A stretch of 64,000 nt of DNA from NCBI GenBank assembly GCA_030742755.1, contig JASLTU010000004.1, forward strand, positions 912 through 64,911, written 5' to 3'. Position 1 is the first letter of the stretch. Every line of letters begins with the position of its first letter. Below, piece by piece: positions 42,665 to 52,392 of this stretch. The translations under genes were made by a program, and so were the position numbers. The DNA comes from Acidimicrobiales bacterium (lineage in GTDB: Bacteria > Actinomycetota > Acidimicrobiia > Acidimicrobiales > MedAcidi-G1). The notes under the pieces are model-generated. The model saw nothing but the letters and a program-made list of their open reading frames with translations, did not search any database and was not told the origin of the DNA.

Positions 42665-43879
42665 ATGAATTCTGGAGATTATGCATGGATGCTCATATCA
42701 ACCGCCTTAGTGGTTTTCATGATTCCTGGTTTAGCACTTTTTTATGGAGGTATGACAAGAAGCAAAAACGTTCTGAACATGTTCATGATGAATATGTACT
42801 GTGTGGGCATAGTTCCCATCATTTGGGTGCTGCTTGGTTACTCAATAGGAAATAGTCCCGATGGAAACGGATTCTTTGGAGGGGAGTGGATAGGAAATTT
42901 TGATTACGTTGGTTTAAAGGGACTAAGTGGAGATGCAGAAAGTCTAATTTTTGTTGCTTTTCTTATGACATTCGCTGCGATTACACCAGCCTTGATATCA
43001 GGAGCAGTAGCTGACCGTTTAAAGTTTTCAGCTTGGGTAGTTTTCGTACCGATCTGGTTATTGATTGTTTACTGTCCTGCGACTTATTGGGTTTACAGCG
43101 GTTGGCATGATGGCAACGGAGCACTTGATTTCGCTGGTGGTACTGCTATTCATTTAAATTCTGGAGTAGCCGCTTTAGCTTTTGTATTGGTTTTAGGGAA
43201 GAGAAGAGGTTGGCCTAAAGAAGCATCTCCTCCTCACAATATGCCTATGGTTTTAATTGGAACAGCAATTCTTTGGTTTGGATGGTTTGGATTTAACGCA
43301 GGTTCTGCAGGAGCTGCAAATGGTCAAGCTGTTCAAGCTCTTCTAAATACTTTTGTTGCAGCATCAGCAGGATTGATTGGCTGGCTTGTAGTAGAAAAAT
43401 TGAAAGGTGGGCACGCCACTTCTTTAGGCATGGCATCAGGAATCGTTGCCGGGCTTGTGGCTATCACACCTGCTGCTGGATTCGTAGGCGGATTGGCGAG
43501 CATAGTATTTGGTTTTGTTGCCGGAGCAGTCTGTTATTTTGCCATCTCACTGAAAAATCGCTTTGGCTATGATGACAGTTTGGATGTAGTCGGTATTCAT
43601 GGTGTAGGAGGACTAACTGGAGGACTCTTACTAGGGCTTTTCGCTGATTCGAGTGTAATTCCTGATGGGGATTTTGATGACGGACTATTCTTTGGTGGAG
43701 GTATGGAACTACTACTTGATCAGGTAGTGGCGATGTTGTCAGTAATCGGTTTATCTTTTGTTGCAACTTTGGTAATAGTAAAAATCATTGATGTCACAAT
43801 TGGGCTTAGAGTTGAAAGTGAGATTGAGCAAATTGGTTTGGATCGAGCTTTACATGCAGAATCGGCTTATAACGATTAG
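42665..43879 (+). CDS. amt: Ammonium transporter
   Basis: PGLALFYGG, DFAGGTAIH, LWFGWFGFNAGS, GLVAITP, DDSLDVVGIHG, GLD...HAESAY. Confidence 0.97.
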   Translation: MNSGDYAWMLISTALVVFMIPGLALFYGGMTRSKNVLNMFMMNMYCVGIVPIIWVLLGYSIGNSPDGNGFFGGEWIGNFDYVGLKGLSGDAESLIFVAFLMTFAAITPALISGAVADRLKFSAWVVFVPIWLLIVYCPATYWVYSGWHDGNGALDFAGGTAIHLNSGVAALAFVLVLGKRRGWPKEASPPHNMPMVLIGTAILWFGWFGFNAGSAGAANGQAVQALLNTFVAASAGLIGWLVVEKLKGGHATSLGMASGIVAGLVAITPAAGFVGGLASIVFGFVAGAVCYFAISLKNRFGYDDSLDVVGIHGVGGLTGGLLLGLFADSSVIPDGDFDDGLFFGGGMELLLDQVVAMLSVIGLSFVATLVIVKIIDVTIGLRVESEIEQIGLDRALHAESAYND

Positions 43880-43891
43880 AACTTTCAATAA

Positions 43892-46189
43892 ATGAAAGGT
43901 CTCTCTATTGATGACCTGCTTTTGGAAGGTTCCATAACGGGATCAATTTTTTGTGCAGATCTAACGAAACGGGTTGATCAATTTATAGAAGAGATTTTTG
44001 ACGAGGCAGGTTCCCCATCTGAGATAGCTGTTTGTGCGATAGGAGGTTATGGAAGAAAAGAACTATGTCCCGGAAGTGATATTGATGTTTTATTAATACA
44101 TCATCAATTAGTTGACATTCTGCCCATCGCTGAAAAAATCTGGTACCCATTGTGGGACGCAGGCTTAAAACTTGGACATCAAGTAGGTACACAAGAAGAG
44201 ATTCTTAATCTCGCAGAGTCGAACCTTGAAACGGCAACAAGTTTATTATCATCACGAGCTATTGCCGGCGACAATCAGATTGTTGATGCATTAGCTAAAA
44301 AAGCTCAAGATCAATGGATTGAAAGATTCCATAAATATCTGAAAGAGCTTGGATCAACAGTTGAAGATCGCTACGCGCAATATGGAGAGGTTGCTTTCCT
44401 TTTAGAACCTGAATTAAAGCAAGGAAGAGGAGGATTAAGAGACGCTCACATTTTGCAATGGATGGAAATTGCAGAACCAATTTTGATTGCCTCTGAATCA
44501 ACAGTTCTTCTCGATGCGGTGGAAACGCTTTTATCAGTGCGTGTGGAACTACACAGAGTAACTGGAAAACGCTCAGATCGACTTTTGTTGGAACTTCAGG
44601 ATGAGGTAGCTGAACAACTCAAATATAAAAACGCTGACGAATTGATGGGTGCTGTTGCAAATGCAGCAAGAGTAATAACGTGGACAGGAGACGGTGCTGC
44701 AAGACGTATTGAGCGGATTAGACAGTCAAGACCTATCAGAAAATCTCTAAATAGGTTACGCAACAAAGAGATTGGTCCAGATCTTGATTTAGACACCGGC
44801 CGGCTCGGACTAGCAAAAAAAGCTGATACAACAGATCCATTTTTGCCTTTAAGAGCTGCTGTTGCTGCAACAAAATGTGGCGCTTATTTGGAAAGAGCCT
44901 CTTTGGAAAAGTTGGCAGAAAGTAAAACAGAAATTCCGCAGATTTGGCCTGAAGAAGCAAAGGAATTATTCATTGAACTTTTAATGTCTGGTCCTGATGC
45001 AGTTCCGGTGATTGAAGATTTAGATCAGTACGGATTATTCGCGCATCTTATTCCAGAGTGGGAATTTTGCCGGTCAAAACCCCAGAGAAACGCTTATCAC
45101 CGATTTACAGTTGACCGTCACCTATTAGAAACAGTTTCAGTGGCTGCAGGATTAACAGCAACTGTATCTCGACCAGATCTATTGGTTCTAGGAGCTTTGC
45201 TACATGACATTGGTAAAGGTCATCCGGGCGACCATACGGAAATAGGAATGCAATTAGTCGAGGTTATTGCCAAAAGAATGGGTTATGAAAAAAGTGATAT
45301 TGAATTGTTGGTTGGCATGATTGAACATCATCTTCTTCTACCAGATGTAGCTACAAGGCGTGACCTTGATGACGATGGGACAATTAAATCTGTTGCAAGT
45401 TCAGTAAAAACGATTTCTCTACTTTCTCTTTTAGATGCACTCACTGAAGCTGATTCAATTGCAACAGGTTCCTCTGCTTGGAGTGCTTGGAAAGCTGACC
45501 TTGTGAGGGAGTTGGTAGCACGCGTCCAGTATGTTTTATTGGGCGGCAAGATTGATGATGTTATTGAAGCTACTTTCCCTAATCAGGAACAACTTGACAC
45601 GATGATTGCTGGGGAGGAAGTTCTATCGGGTGACCAATTTGAATTGACTGTGATAACGAATGATAGACCTGGTGTATTTTCAAAAATTGCAGGTGTCTTG
45701 GCACTCAATGGGCATGATGTAATAGGCGCGGATGCATTTTCAGAAGGAGGGAGAGCTCTATCGGTTTTCTCAGTTGCTGAAAAATCTTATGAAATTCCAA
45801 AATGGGAAGAGATTTCTCAACAAGTGCGACTTGCATTAGATGGCCGGCTGGCACTAGCAGCTCGGCTTGGTGAACGCTCACGGATTTATACTTCGGTTTC
45901 CACTAGTGCGAAACCTTTCGAACCGAAAGTTGAAGTAGATAATTTGACGTCTGATTTTGCAACAGTCTTGGAGGTAAGTTGTCCTGATGGTGTGGGGGTT
46001 CTTTATCGTATTACGAGAGCTTTCGCTGAACTTGATCTGAATATTGTTAGGGCTAGAGTGCAAACTCTTGGTTCAGATGTTGTTGACGCATTTTATGTAC
46101 TTGATGCGAAAGGGAGAAAAATCCAAGATCTCGATCATCTGAAAGAAATCGAATTGGCAGTTTTGCGCTGGTTAACCACTGATTTATAA
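43892..46189 (+). CDS. glnD: PII nucleotidyltransferase GlnD
   Basis: GGYGR.EL.PGSDID, GGLRD, H.FTVDRH, LLHDIGKG, two ACT domains (DRPGVF, DGVGVL). Confidence 0.95.
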   Translation: MKGLSIDDLLLEGSITGSIFCADLTKRVDQFIEEIFDEAGSPSEIAVCAIGGYGRKELCPGSDIDVLLIHHQLVDILPIAEKIWYPLWDAGLKLGHQVGTQEEILNLAESNLETATSLLSSRAIAGDNQIVDALAKKAQDQWIERFHKYLKELGSTVEDRYAQYGEVAFLLEPELKQGRGGLRDAHILQWMEIAEPILIASESTVLLDAVETLLSVRVELHRVTGKRSDRLLLELQDEVAEQLKYKNADELMGAVANAARVITWTGDGAARRIERIRQSRPIRKSLNRLRNKEIGPDLDLDTGRLGLAKKADTTDPFLPLRAAVAATKCGAYLERASLEKLAESKTEIPQIWPEEAKELFIELLMSGPDAVPVIEDLDQYGLFAHLIPEWEFCRSKPQRNAYHRFTVDRHLLETVSVAAGLTATVSRPDLLVLGALLHDIGKGHPGDHTEIGMQLVEVIAKRMGYEKSDIELLVGMIEHHLLLPDVATRRDLDDDGTIKSVASSVKTISLLSLLDALTEADSIATGSSAWSAWKADLVRELVARVQYVLLGGKIDDVIEATFPNQEQLDTMIAGEEVLSGDQFELTVITNDRPGVFSKIAGVLALNGHDVIGADAFSEGGRALSVFSVAEKSYEIPKWEEISQQVRLALDGRLALAARLGERSRIYTSVSTSAKPFEPKVEVDNLTSDFATVLEVSCPDGVGVLYRITRAFAELDLNIVRARVQTLGSDVVDAFYVLDAKGRKIQDLDHLKEIELAVLRWLTTDL

Positions 46190-46271
46190 ATTTTGATGTG
46201 GCTAATCGTTCTTATTGCTCTACTTTAGTTGTATGTCTGAAACGCCTTCAGAATTAGTAACCAAACAGGAT
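46179..46271 (+). repeat. Imperfect direct repeat, copy 1 (glnD 3' end, intergenic, Nudix 5' end)
   Basis: Aligns by hand to 46671-46762, about 64/75 identical over the first 75 nt. Confidence 0.85.
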
Positions 46272-46310
46272 CGGGGGATCCTTAATGGAAAGGGACACCT
46301 AGGTGAGTGA
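46233..46310 (+). pseudogene. Remnant of the Nudix gene 5' end (25-aa ORF)
   Basis: MSETPSELVTKQD-RGILNGKGHLGE* versus intact MSEMPSEETTKQD at 46724. Confidence 0.6.
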
Positions 46311-46674
46311 AGAAGAGAACCGTTTCGAAGAAGCGGCGATTGAGGCAGAATTCGAGACCGGATACCGTGAAGAAACTCGTGAAGAAGCTCGTCGTGGAGT
46401 TGTTATCCGTCTTTTCCGTATCGCTTCGGGATCGTTGATAACAGTTCTTGGCATCATTTTGATACCGCTGCCTGGGCCCGGTTTGTTGGTTGTCGCTATC
46501 GGTCTCGGTATTCTCAGCAGAGATGTCGCCTGGGCGGACCGCCTTCTTCAAACAGTGCGACGACGCTTACCAAGCGATAGCGACGGTCGGTTACCGAGAT
46601 CTAGTATTGCTACCATGGTTGTTCTTGCATTAGCGGGGATAGCTTTTTCAGTTTGGATGTTATTCCTGAGCTGA
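46303..46674 (+). CDS. PGPGW-domain small membrane protein
   Basis: LGIILIPLPGPGLLVVAIGLGILS...WA; visibly more GC-rich codons than neighbours. Confidence 0.8.
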   Translation: MSEEENRFEEAAIEAEFETGYREETREEARRGVVIRLFRIASGSLITVLGIILIPLPGPGLLVVAIGLGILSRDVAWADRLLQTVRRRLPSDSDGRLPRSSIATMVVLALAGIAFSVWMLFLS

Positions 46675-46762
46675 TTTACAAATTTTTTGTGATGAATCGT
46701 TCGTATTGCTCTACCTTGGTTATATGTCTGAAATGCCTTCAGAAGAAACGACTAAGCAAGAC
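46671..46762 (+). repeat. Imperfect direct repeat, copy 2
   Basis: Partner of 46179-46271. Confidence 0.85.
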
Positions 46763-47419
46763 CTATTGAGATGGGCGGAGACCATCTCAGGTATTGCTAG
46801 AACAGGACTTGGTTTTACTGAAGTTTTATATGAACGCGAACGGTATGAAGAGATTCTAAAAGTGGCTGCAGATATTAAGCAGCGTGCTCAAGGGAACGGG
46901 TTAAATTCTGATGAATTATATGAAAGTTGGATTGATTCAGTAATTGAGGGAACACCAGGTTATGTGACACCAAAAGTAACTGTTGGTGCTGTTGTAGGTA
47001 ATGAGGATGGGGAGATTCTACTTATTCAGAGAGCGGATTCAGGAAGATGGCTTTATCCAACTGGTTGGGCTGATGTTGGTTATTCAGCGTCAGAAGTGGT
47101 GGTTAAGGAGGTAGCAGAAGAGACTGGTATCGAATGTGAAGTCCTTAAACCTATTTCGATTCTTGATGGTATGAGACTGGGTTTTACTGGGATACCTCTA
47201 TATTCACTTGTTTTCCTTTGTCGAAAGACTGGAGGAGTTTTAAAACCTCATCCTTTAGAGTGTCGTGACGTTGGGTTTTTCAGTGAAGATTCATTACCAG
47301 AAGGAACTGTTTCACCTCAAAGATGGGCTTCTCATGCATTTGCAGCTATCAGGGGTGAAAATGTAGAAGTTATGTTCGATGAGCCTCGCAATCCAGTTTG
47401 GTTAGGCGAGAATGATTAA
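46724..47419 (+). CDS. Nudix hydrolase with N-terminal domain (ADP-ribose pyrophosphatase-like)
   Basis: IARTGL.F...YERERY, GYVTPKV, Nudix box G.ADVG.....VVKEVAEETG. Confidence 0.88.
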   Translation: MSEMPSEETTKQDLLRWAETISGIARTGLGFTEVLYERERYEEILKVAADIKQRAQGNGLNSDELYESWIDSVIEGTPGYVTPKVTVGAVVGNEDGEILLIQRADSGRWLYPTGWADVGYSASEVVVKEVAEETGIECEVLKPISILDGMRLGFTGIPLYSLVFLCRKTGGVLKPHPLECRDVGFFSEDSLPEGTVSPQRWASHAFAAIRGENVEVMFDEPRNPVWLGEND

Positions 47420-47455
47420 AAGACTTTTTAGAAGTCTTAAATAATTCTGAGAATT

Positions 47456-48331
47456 TTATGTTTGCCCAGTCTGGTTCCTGAGAAAGTCTTCAACTTCGCT
47501 TACCAACAATTCAGGATTGCTATTTTGTTCTTCGACTTCTGATTGATTGTCAAAATCTTCTTCAAGCTGATTCACGTATTCGGATGTATCCATATCTTCT
47601 GCAACTAGTTCATTTATTTGCCTTTCGTAGGCTGCGGAAGCTATTTCTAAATCGGTACATGCAATTCCTATTTGAAGTACCTCCGCTAATCTTTCAACCA
47701 ATGCAAGAGCTGCTTTAGGGGAGTTCGCTCCTGAAACATACGAAGGGACACCAGCCCATAACGACATACTAGGTATCCTTTTTTCACGTAGAACACTATT
47801 TATAACTCCTACTATTCCCGTGGGTCCTTCATATGTAGAAGGTGGAAGATTTAGTCTCTGTGCTAGATCAGAATCATCCGAGGATCCAAAAACTTTTACA
47901 GGTCTGCTATGAGGTATATCAGTTAGAAGTGAACCGAGAGTCACCACCATGTGGCTTTCGATTGTTGAAGCTATTTCTATTATTTGATCCGTGAATGTTC
48001 TCCAGCGAAGTTGTGGTTCATGTCCGCGAATAATTACTAGATCGTTTTTAGACTCAAACATTTTAGCTACATATATTTTTGTAGCTGGCCAGATTATTTC
48101 ACGTTGTTCATCAGGTATCTCAATTACCGGACGAGAAATTGTAAAGTCAAAAAATTCTTCTGATTCTATAGTTCCAATTTTTACTGCATCGAAACGGTCT
48201 TGGAAATATTTAACTGCACTTGTGGCAGCTTCACCTGCATCATTCCAACCTTCAAAAGCAGCTATTACTACAGGGCTGCTCAGACCTTCTAAAAGTTCCT
48301 CGTTTTTCCATTGAATAAATTTTGAAGCCAT
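47456..48331 (-). CDS. PAC2 family (proteasome assembly chaperone-like) protein
   Basis: AFEGWNDAGEAA, FFDF...RP, EPQLRW, PHSRP, YEGPTGIVG, SLWA.VP.Y, EVEDFLR. Confidence 0.88.
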   Translation of the reverse strand: MASKFIQWKNEELLEGLSSPVVIAAFEGWNDAGEAATSAVKYFQDRFDAVKIGTIESEEFFDFTISRPVIEIPDEQREIIWPATKIYVAKMFESKNDLVIIRGHEPQLRWRTFTDQIIEIASTIESHMVVTLGSLLTDIPHSRPVKVFGSSDDSDLAQRLNLPPSTYEGPTGIVGVINSVLREKRIPSMSLWAGVPSYVSGANSPKAALALVERLAEVLQIGIACTDLEIASAAYERQINELVAEDMDTSEYVNQLEEDFDNQSEVEEQNSNPELLVSEVEDFLRNQTGQT

Positions 48332-48397
48332 TGAAACGGAGGCTATCGGATATGAGCTCGCGCGCGACCCAACATTTGTAATCTAAGCTTGTATCAG

Positions 48398-48838
48398 ATG
48401 ACTGAAAAAAATATTGAAATTCGAGAAATAGCAAAAGTAGACGATGACCTCATTGCGGCTATGAACCTTTTGATTCCGCAGTTATCTAACTCTAGTCCGC
48501 CTCCTGATCGTTCAGCTTTGGAAGAGATAGTTGCTTCTGACTCTTCAATACTTATTTCTGCTTATATTGATGGTGCAATAGTCGGCTCTTTAACTTTGAT
48601 CATTTTTACTATCCCAACTGGTAAAAGAGCTTGGATTGAAGATGTTGTTGTTGATGAAAAGTGTCGCAATGAAGGTATAGGTGAAGCTTTAAATCAAGAG
48701 GCGATAAACATTGCTAGACGTTCTGGAGCTAAAACTGTGGACTTAACTTCACGTCCGTCGCGCGAAGCTGCAAATCGTCTTTACAGTCGGTTGGGTTTCG
48801 TTCAACGAAATACAAATATTTACAGGTTTGAAATTTAG
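48398..48838 (+). CDS. GNAT acetyltransferase
   Basis: AWIEDVVVD...G.G, DLTSRPSREAANRLY.RLGF. Confidence 0.88.
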   Translation: MTEKNIEIREIAKVDDDLIAAMNLLIPQLSNSSPPPDRSALEEIVASDSSILISAYIDGAIVGSLTLIIFTIPTGKRAWIEDVVVDEKCRNEGIGEALNQEAINIARRSGAKTVDLTSRPSREAANRLYSRLGFVQRNTNIYRFEI

Positions 48839-48931
48839 ATCAAATCTGAAAGATTTTTCAATTAGCTGATTTGGGAAGCTCTATACCAGTAGGTGTAGTT
48901 TTTGTAAAAGGAATCATTAAGGGGTTAGATA

Positions 48932-50014
48932 ATGGCACATCAAGTAAAAGGGGTTGTTGCTAAAAGCAAGGGAGAGCCTGTTTCAATTGAAACGATTGAA
49001 GTTCCCAATCCTGGCTCTGGGGAGGTTCTGATTGACGTGAAAGCGTGCGGAGTCTGCCACACGGATTTGCATTACAGAGAAGGAGCTATCAATGACGAGT
49101 TTCCATTTTTGTTGGGTCATGAAGCAGCGGGCCTTGTAGAAGAAGTTGGTGAAGGTGTTACTGATTTAAAGCCAGGTGATTTTGTGATCCTTAATTGGCG
49201 AGCTGTGTGTGGACATTGCAGATCTTGCCGAAGGGGTCGACCATGGAATTGTTTTTCGACTCATAATGCAACGCAGAAAATGAAACTCGATGGCAAAGAA
49301 CTTTCACCAGCTTTAGGTATCGGGGCATTTGCTGAGAAAACTCTTGTTGCAGCAGGACAAGCTACAAAAGTCAACCCTGAAGCCAAACCTGAAGTAGCCG
49401 GACTTATAGGTTGTGGGGTTATGGCTGGTTTAGGGGCTGCAATGAATACTGGGCAGGTTAGTCGCGGAGACTCAGTTGCAGTTTTTGGTTGCGGAGGTGT
49501 AGGTGATGCTGCAATTGAAGGTTCACGCTTGGCAGGGGCTCACACCATAATTGCTGTTGACATAGATCCAACGAAACTTGAATGGGCCAAAGGATTTGGA
49601 GCCACTCACACTATTGATTCATCAAAAGTTGATCCAGTCGAGGCGATCAGGGAAATAACAGACGGCAATGGGGTTGATGTAGCAATAGAAGCTATAGGTC
49701 TTCCAATTACTTATGAACAAGCTTTTTATTCTCGCGACCTAGCAGGAACAGTTGTACTCGTTGGAGTTCCAAACCCTGAAATGAAAATCGAACTCCCTAT
49801 GATTGAAATTTTCGGTAGAGGTGGCACCTTGAAATCTTCTTGGTATGGAGATTGTTTACCTTCGCGTGATTTTCCTATGCTTATTGATCTCTATTTACAA
49901 GGGCGTCTTGAACTTGATCGTTTTGTTTCAGAAACAATTGGTTTAGATGAAGTAGAAGAAGCCTTTCACAAAATGGAACGTGGAGAGGTTCTTCGTTCTG
50001 TGGTCATACTGTAG
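48932..50014 (+). CDS. mscR: S-(hydroxymethyl)mycothiol dehydrogenase / S-nitrosomycothiol reductase
   Basis: [73 protein letters not shown]. Confidence 0.92.
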   Translation: MAHQVKGVVAKSKGEPVSIETIEVPNPGSGEVLIDVKACGVCHTDLHYREGAINDEFPFLLGHEAAGLVEEVGEGVTDLKPGDFVILNWRAVCGHCRSCRRGRPWNCFSTHNATQKMKLDGKELSPALGIGAFAEKTLVAAGQATKVNPEAKPEVAGLIGCGVMAGLGAAMNTGQVSRGDSVAVFGCGGVGDAAIEGSRLAGAHTIIAVDIDPTKLEWAKGFGATHTIDSSKVDPVEAIREITDGNGVDVAIEAIGLPITYEQAFYSRDLAGTVVLVGVPNPEMKIELPMIEIFGRGGTLKSSWYGDCLPSRDFPMLIDLYLQGRLELDRFVSETIGLDEVEEAFHKMERGEVLRSVVIL

Positions 50015-50026
50015 TAATCAAGTAAA

Positions 50027-51007
50027 GTGCGTTGGTTAATAGTTGGTCATGGAAAAATAACTGCGAATTTCATAGAAGCCGCACGTGGGATAGGCCATGA
50101 GATTGTCGCTGTTGCAGGACGAAATTCTAAAAGAGTTTCATCATTCGCAAATGTAAATGGAATAGAGAAATCAGGAGAAGACTTACTTATTCTTTCAGAA
50201 GGAGTGGATGCGGCTTATATAGCAACACCTCACACTGAACACTGCAACGGAGCTATAACTCTTTTAGAAAAAGGAGTGCCTGTTCTATGTGAGAAACCTT
50301 TGGCGGTAAATCGTAGACAAGTCGACAAGATGCTTGACGCAGCAAAAAAAAGCAACACTTTCCTGATGGAAGCAATGTGGACCAGACACTTGCCGATTTA
50401 CGAAGAGGTTATAGGTTTGATCAATAAGGGTCTGATTGGTCAACCAAAACTTGTTGATGCGTCACTAGGTTTCAATTCGCCTTATGACTCTGAATCTAGA
50501 TTATGGAACCCAGAACTTGCAGGAGGGAGCCTGTTGGACGTTGGGATTTATCCGTTAACACTTGCAGATTTGATATATGGAACTACACCAGAGAAGGTTT
50601 TCGCCTTAGCTGAACTTTCTCAAGATGGTGTTGATGCTCATCTTGCTATTACATTGCAGTATAAAAATTCGGCTCTTGCGACACTTGGGTCAGCTATTAA
50701 TCTTTCCTTACCCAACGGGGCAACCATTCTTGGTGAATCGGGATCTATTGAAATACCTTATTTTTGGTGTGCGCAGAAAGCTTTTATTATAAAAGGCTCA
50801 GAGAAAAGTGAGATTCTTAGTCCACATGAGATAAATGGATTCGAATATCAAATTCGTGAAATGGATAGATGTCTATCAGAAGGCTTAATTCAGAGTCCGA
50901 AAGTTACTTGGGAGTGCTCTCTTTCAATTGCTCAGCTAATGGACAATATTCGATCTGAAATTGGTGTTAGTTATCCGGCAGATTGTGAGGAAAATGATGG
51001 AATATAG
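50027..51007 (+). CDS. Gfo/Idh/MocA family oxidoreductase
   Basis: YIATPH, VLCEKP, MEAMWTR, GGSLLDVGIY. Confidence 0.9.
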   Translation: MRWLIVGHGKITANFIEAARGIGHEIVAVAGRNSKRVSSFANVNGIEKSGEDLLILSEGVDAAYIATPHTEHCNGAITLLEKGVPVLCEKPLAVNRRQVDKMLDAAKKSNTFLMEAMWTRHLPIYEEVIGLINKGLIGQPKLVDASLGFNSPYDSESRLWNPELAGGSLLDVGIYPLTLADLIYGTTPEKVFALAELSQDGVDAHLAITLQYKNSALATLGSAINLSLPNGATILGESGSIEIPYFWCAQKAFIIKGSEKSEILSPHEINGFEYQIREMDRCLSEGLIQSPKVTWECSLSIAQLMDNIRSEIGVSYPADCEENDGI

Positions 51008-51983
51008 AGACATTCCAGGAATTCGAATTCCTCTCTCACAAATCATCCAAGGGGCTACAACTCTTTTCGGAGATGAAACTGTTTCTCAGTGGGAAGATTT
51101 ACTTGATGATGTAATGGATGTGGGCATAAACGCTTTCGATACGGGACTTGTGTACGCAGATCAGGACGGTACTTGTGATGAACGGCTAGGAAGGTGGATT
51201 AATGAGCGAAATGTTCGCGACAAAGTCATTGTTATTGGTAAAGGCTGCCATCCTGGACCTCCTAATTGGGAAGAGTCTCGTGTTTTACCGGAATATGTAG
51301 GAGTGGATATAGAAAAAACATTAGATCGTATGGGAACTGACTATTTAGATCTTTGGCTTTTTCACCGTGATAATGAAGAAGTGCCACTTGATGAACTCGT
51401 AGATGCAGTGGACAAACAAATTTCTGCCGGTTTAATCGACACATGGGGAGTTTCCAACTGGAGCATTAAGCGATTTTCAAATGCTCTAGATGTGTCAAAG
51501 AAAAATTCTTGGGTTAAACCGGAAGTTTTCAGTCCGCATTTGTCTCTAGTTGTTCAAGAACAACCTCCATGGGAAGCAGTAACGAGCATCGCAGGAAATA
51601 ATGCACGTGATGATAGAGAATGGTTAAAAGATAATCAGATTCCAGTTTTAGCATGGTCGACTTTGGCTGGTGGTTATTTAACCTCTGCAATAGAACTTGA
51701 AACAATGCTGACGCCAAATTCTCAGTTGCATGCCGAGACAGCTCGGTGTTACCACTCAGAGGCAAACTGGTTGCGACGTGAACGTGCAATTGAATTAGCA
51801 GCAAAGAAAGACTGCACACTTGAACAGATAGCAGTTTCATGGGTTCTACATGCTGATTTTCCAACACACGCACTGTGTGCTTCACGTAGTAAGGCTGAAG
51901 CTTCCCATAATGTCGCTTCCGCTGATATAAAAATTTCTGCAAGTGAAAGAGTTTGGTTGGAAAGCGGTGAGATTATTGAATGA
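50994..51983 (+). CDS. Aldo/keto reductase
   Basis: NAFDTG.VY, GKGCHP, DYLDLW..HRD, WGVSNW, AWS.LAGG. Confidence 0.88.
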   Translation: MMEYRDIPGIRIPLSQIIQGATTLFGDETVSQWEDLLDDVMDVGINAFDTGLVYADQDGTCDERLGRWINERNVRDKVIVIGKGCHPGPPNWEESRVLPEYVGVDIEKTLDRMGTDYLDLWLFHRDNEEVPLDELVDAVDKQISAGLIDTWGVSNWSIKRFSNALDVSKKNSWVKPEVFSPHLSLVVQEQPPWEAVTSIAGNNARDDREWLKDNQIPVLAWSTLAGGYLTSAIELETMLTPNSQLHAETARCYHSEANWLRRERAIELAAKKDCTLEQIAVSWVLHADFPTHALCASRSKAEASHNVASADIKISASERVWLESGEIIE

Positions 51984-52392
51984 GAAAAAAGTTCGAGAAC
52001 GGAACATAGATGTTTTAAAAACTGCAATTTCTTCTATTGGAGGTGGAAATAGTGAAATATTTTCCAATCTATATACAGATGACTGGGTTCTTGAACTTCC
52101 ATATAGTGAACCACCCAAAGTCCTAAAAGGGATAGATGAAATTCTTGCTTACTTAAAGCCACAAATGGGCAAACTTGAATTTACTCTCACACTCACAGAA
52201 ATCTTCGAGTGTGTTGATCCGAATTTGCTAATAGCGGAATACGTTAGCGAAGGCCGATCCACTATAACTGACAAGCCTTATCGGAATTCTTACATAGGTT
52301 TGTGGAGGTTTCATGAAGGCAAGATTTGTGGAGTTAAAGAATATTTGAACCCATTAATCGCTACCGAAGCCAACAACCCTTCGGGTAAATGA
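51976..52392 (+). CDS. SnoaL/NTF2-like (PhzA/B-like) protein
   Basis: DD.VLELPY...P....G...I, AEY.SEG....T.KPY.N.YI......GKI....EY.NP; start uncertain. Confidence 0.75.
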   Translation: MNEKKVRERNIDVLKTAISSIGGGNSEIFSNLYTDDWVLELPYSEPPKVLKGIDEILAYLKPQMGKLEFTLTLTEIFECVDPNLLIAEYVSEGRSTITDKPYRNSYIGLWRFHEGKICGVKEYLNPLIATEANNPSGK

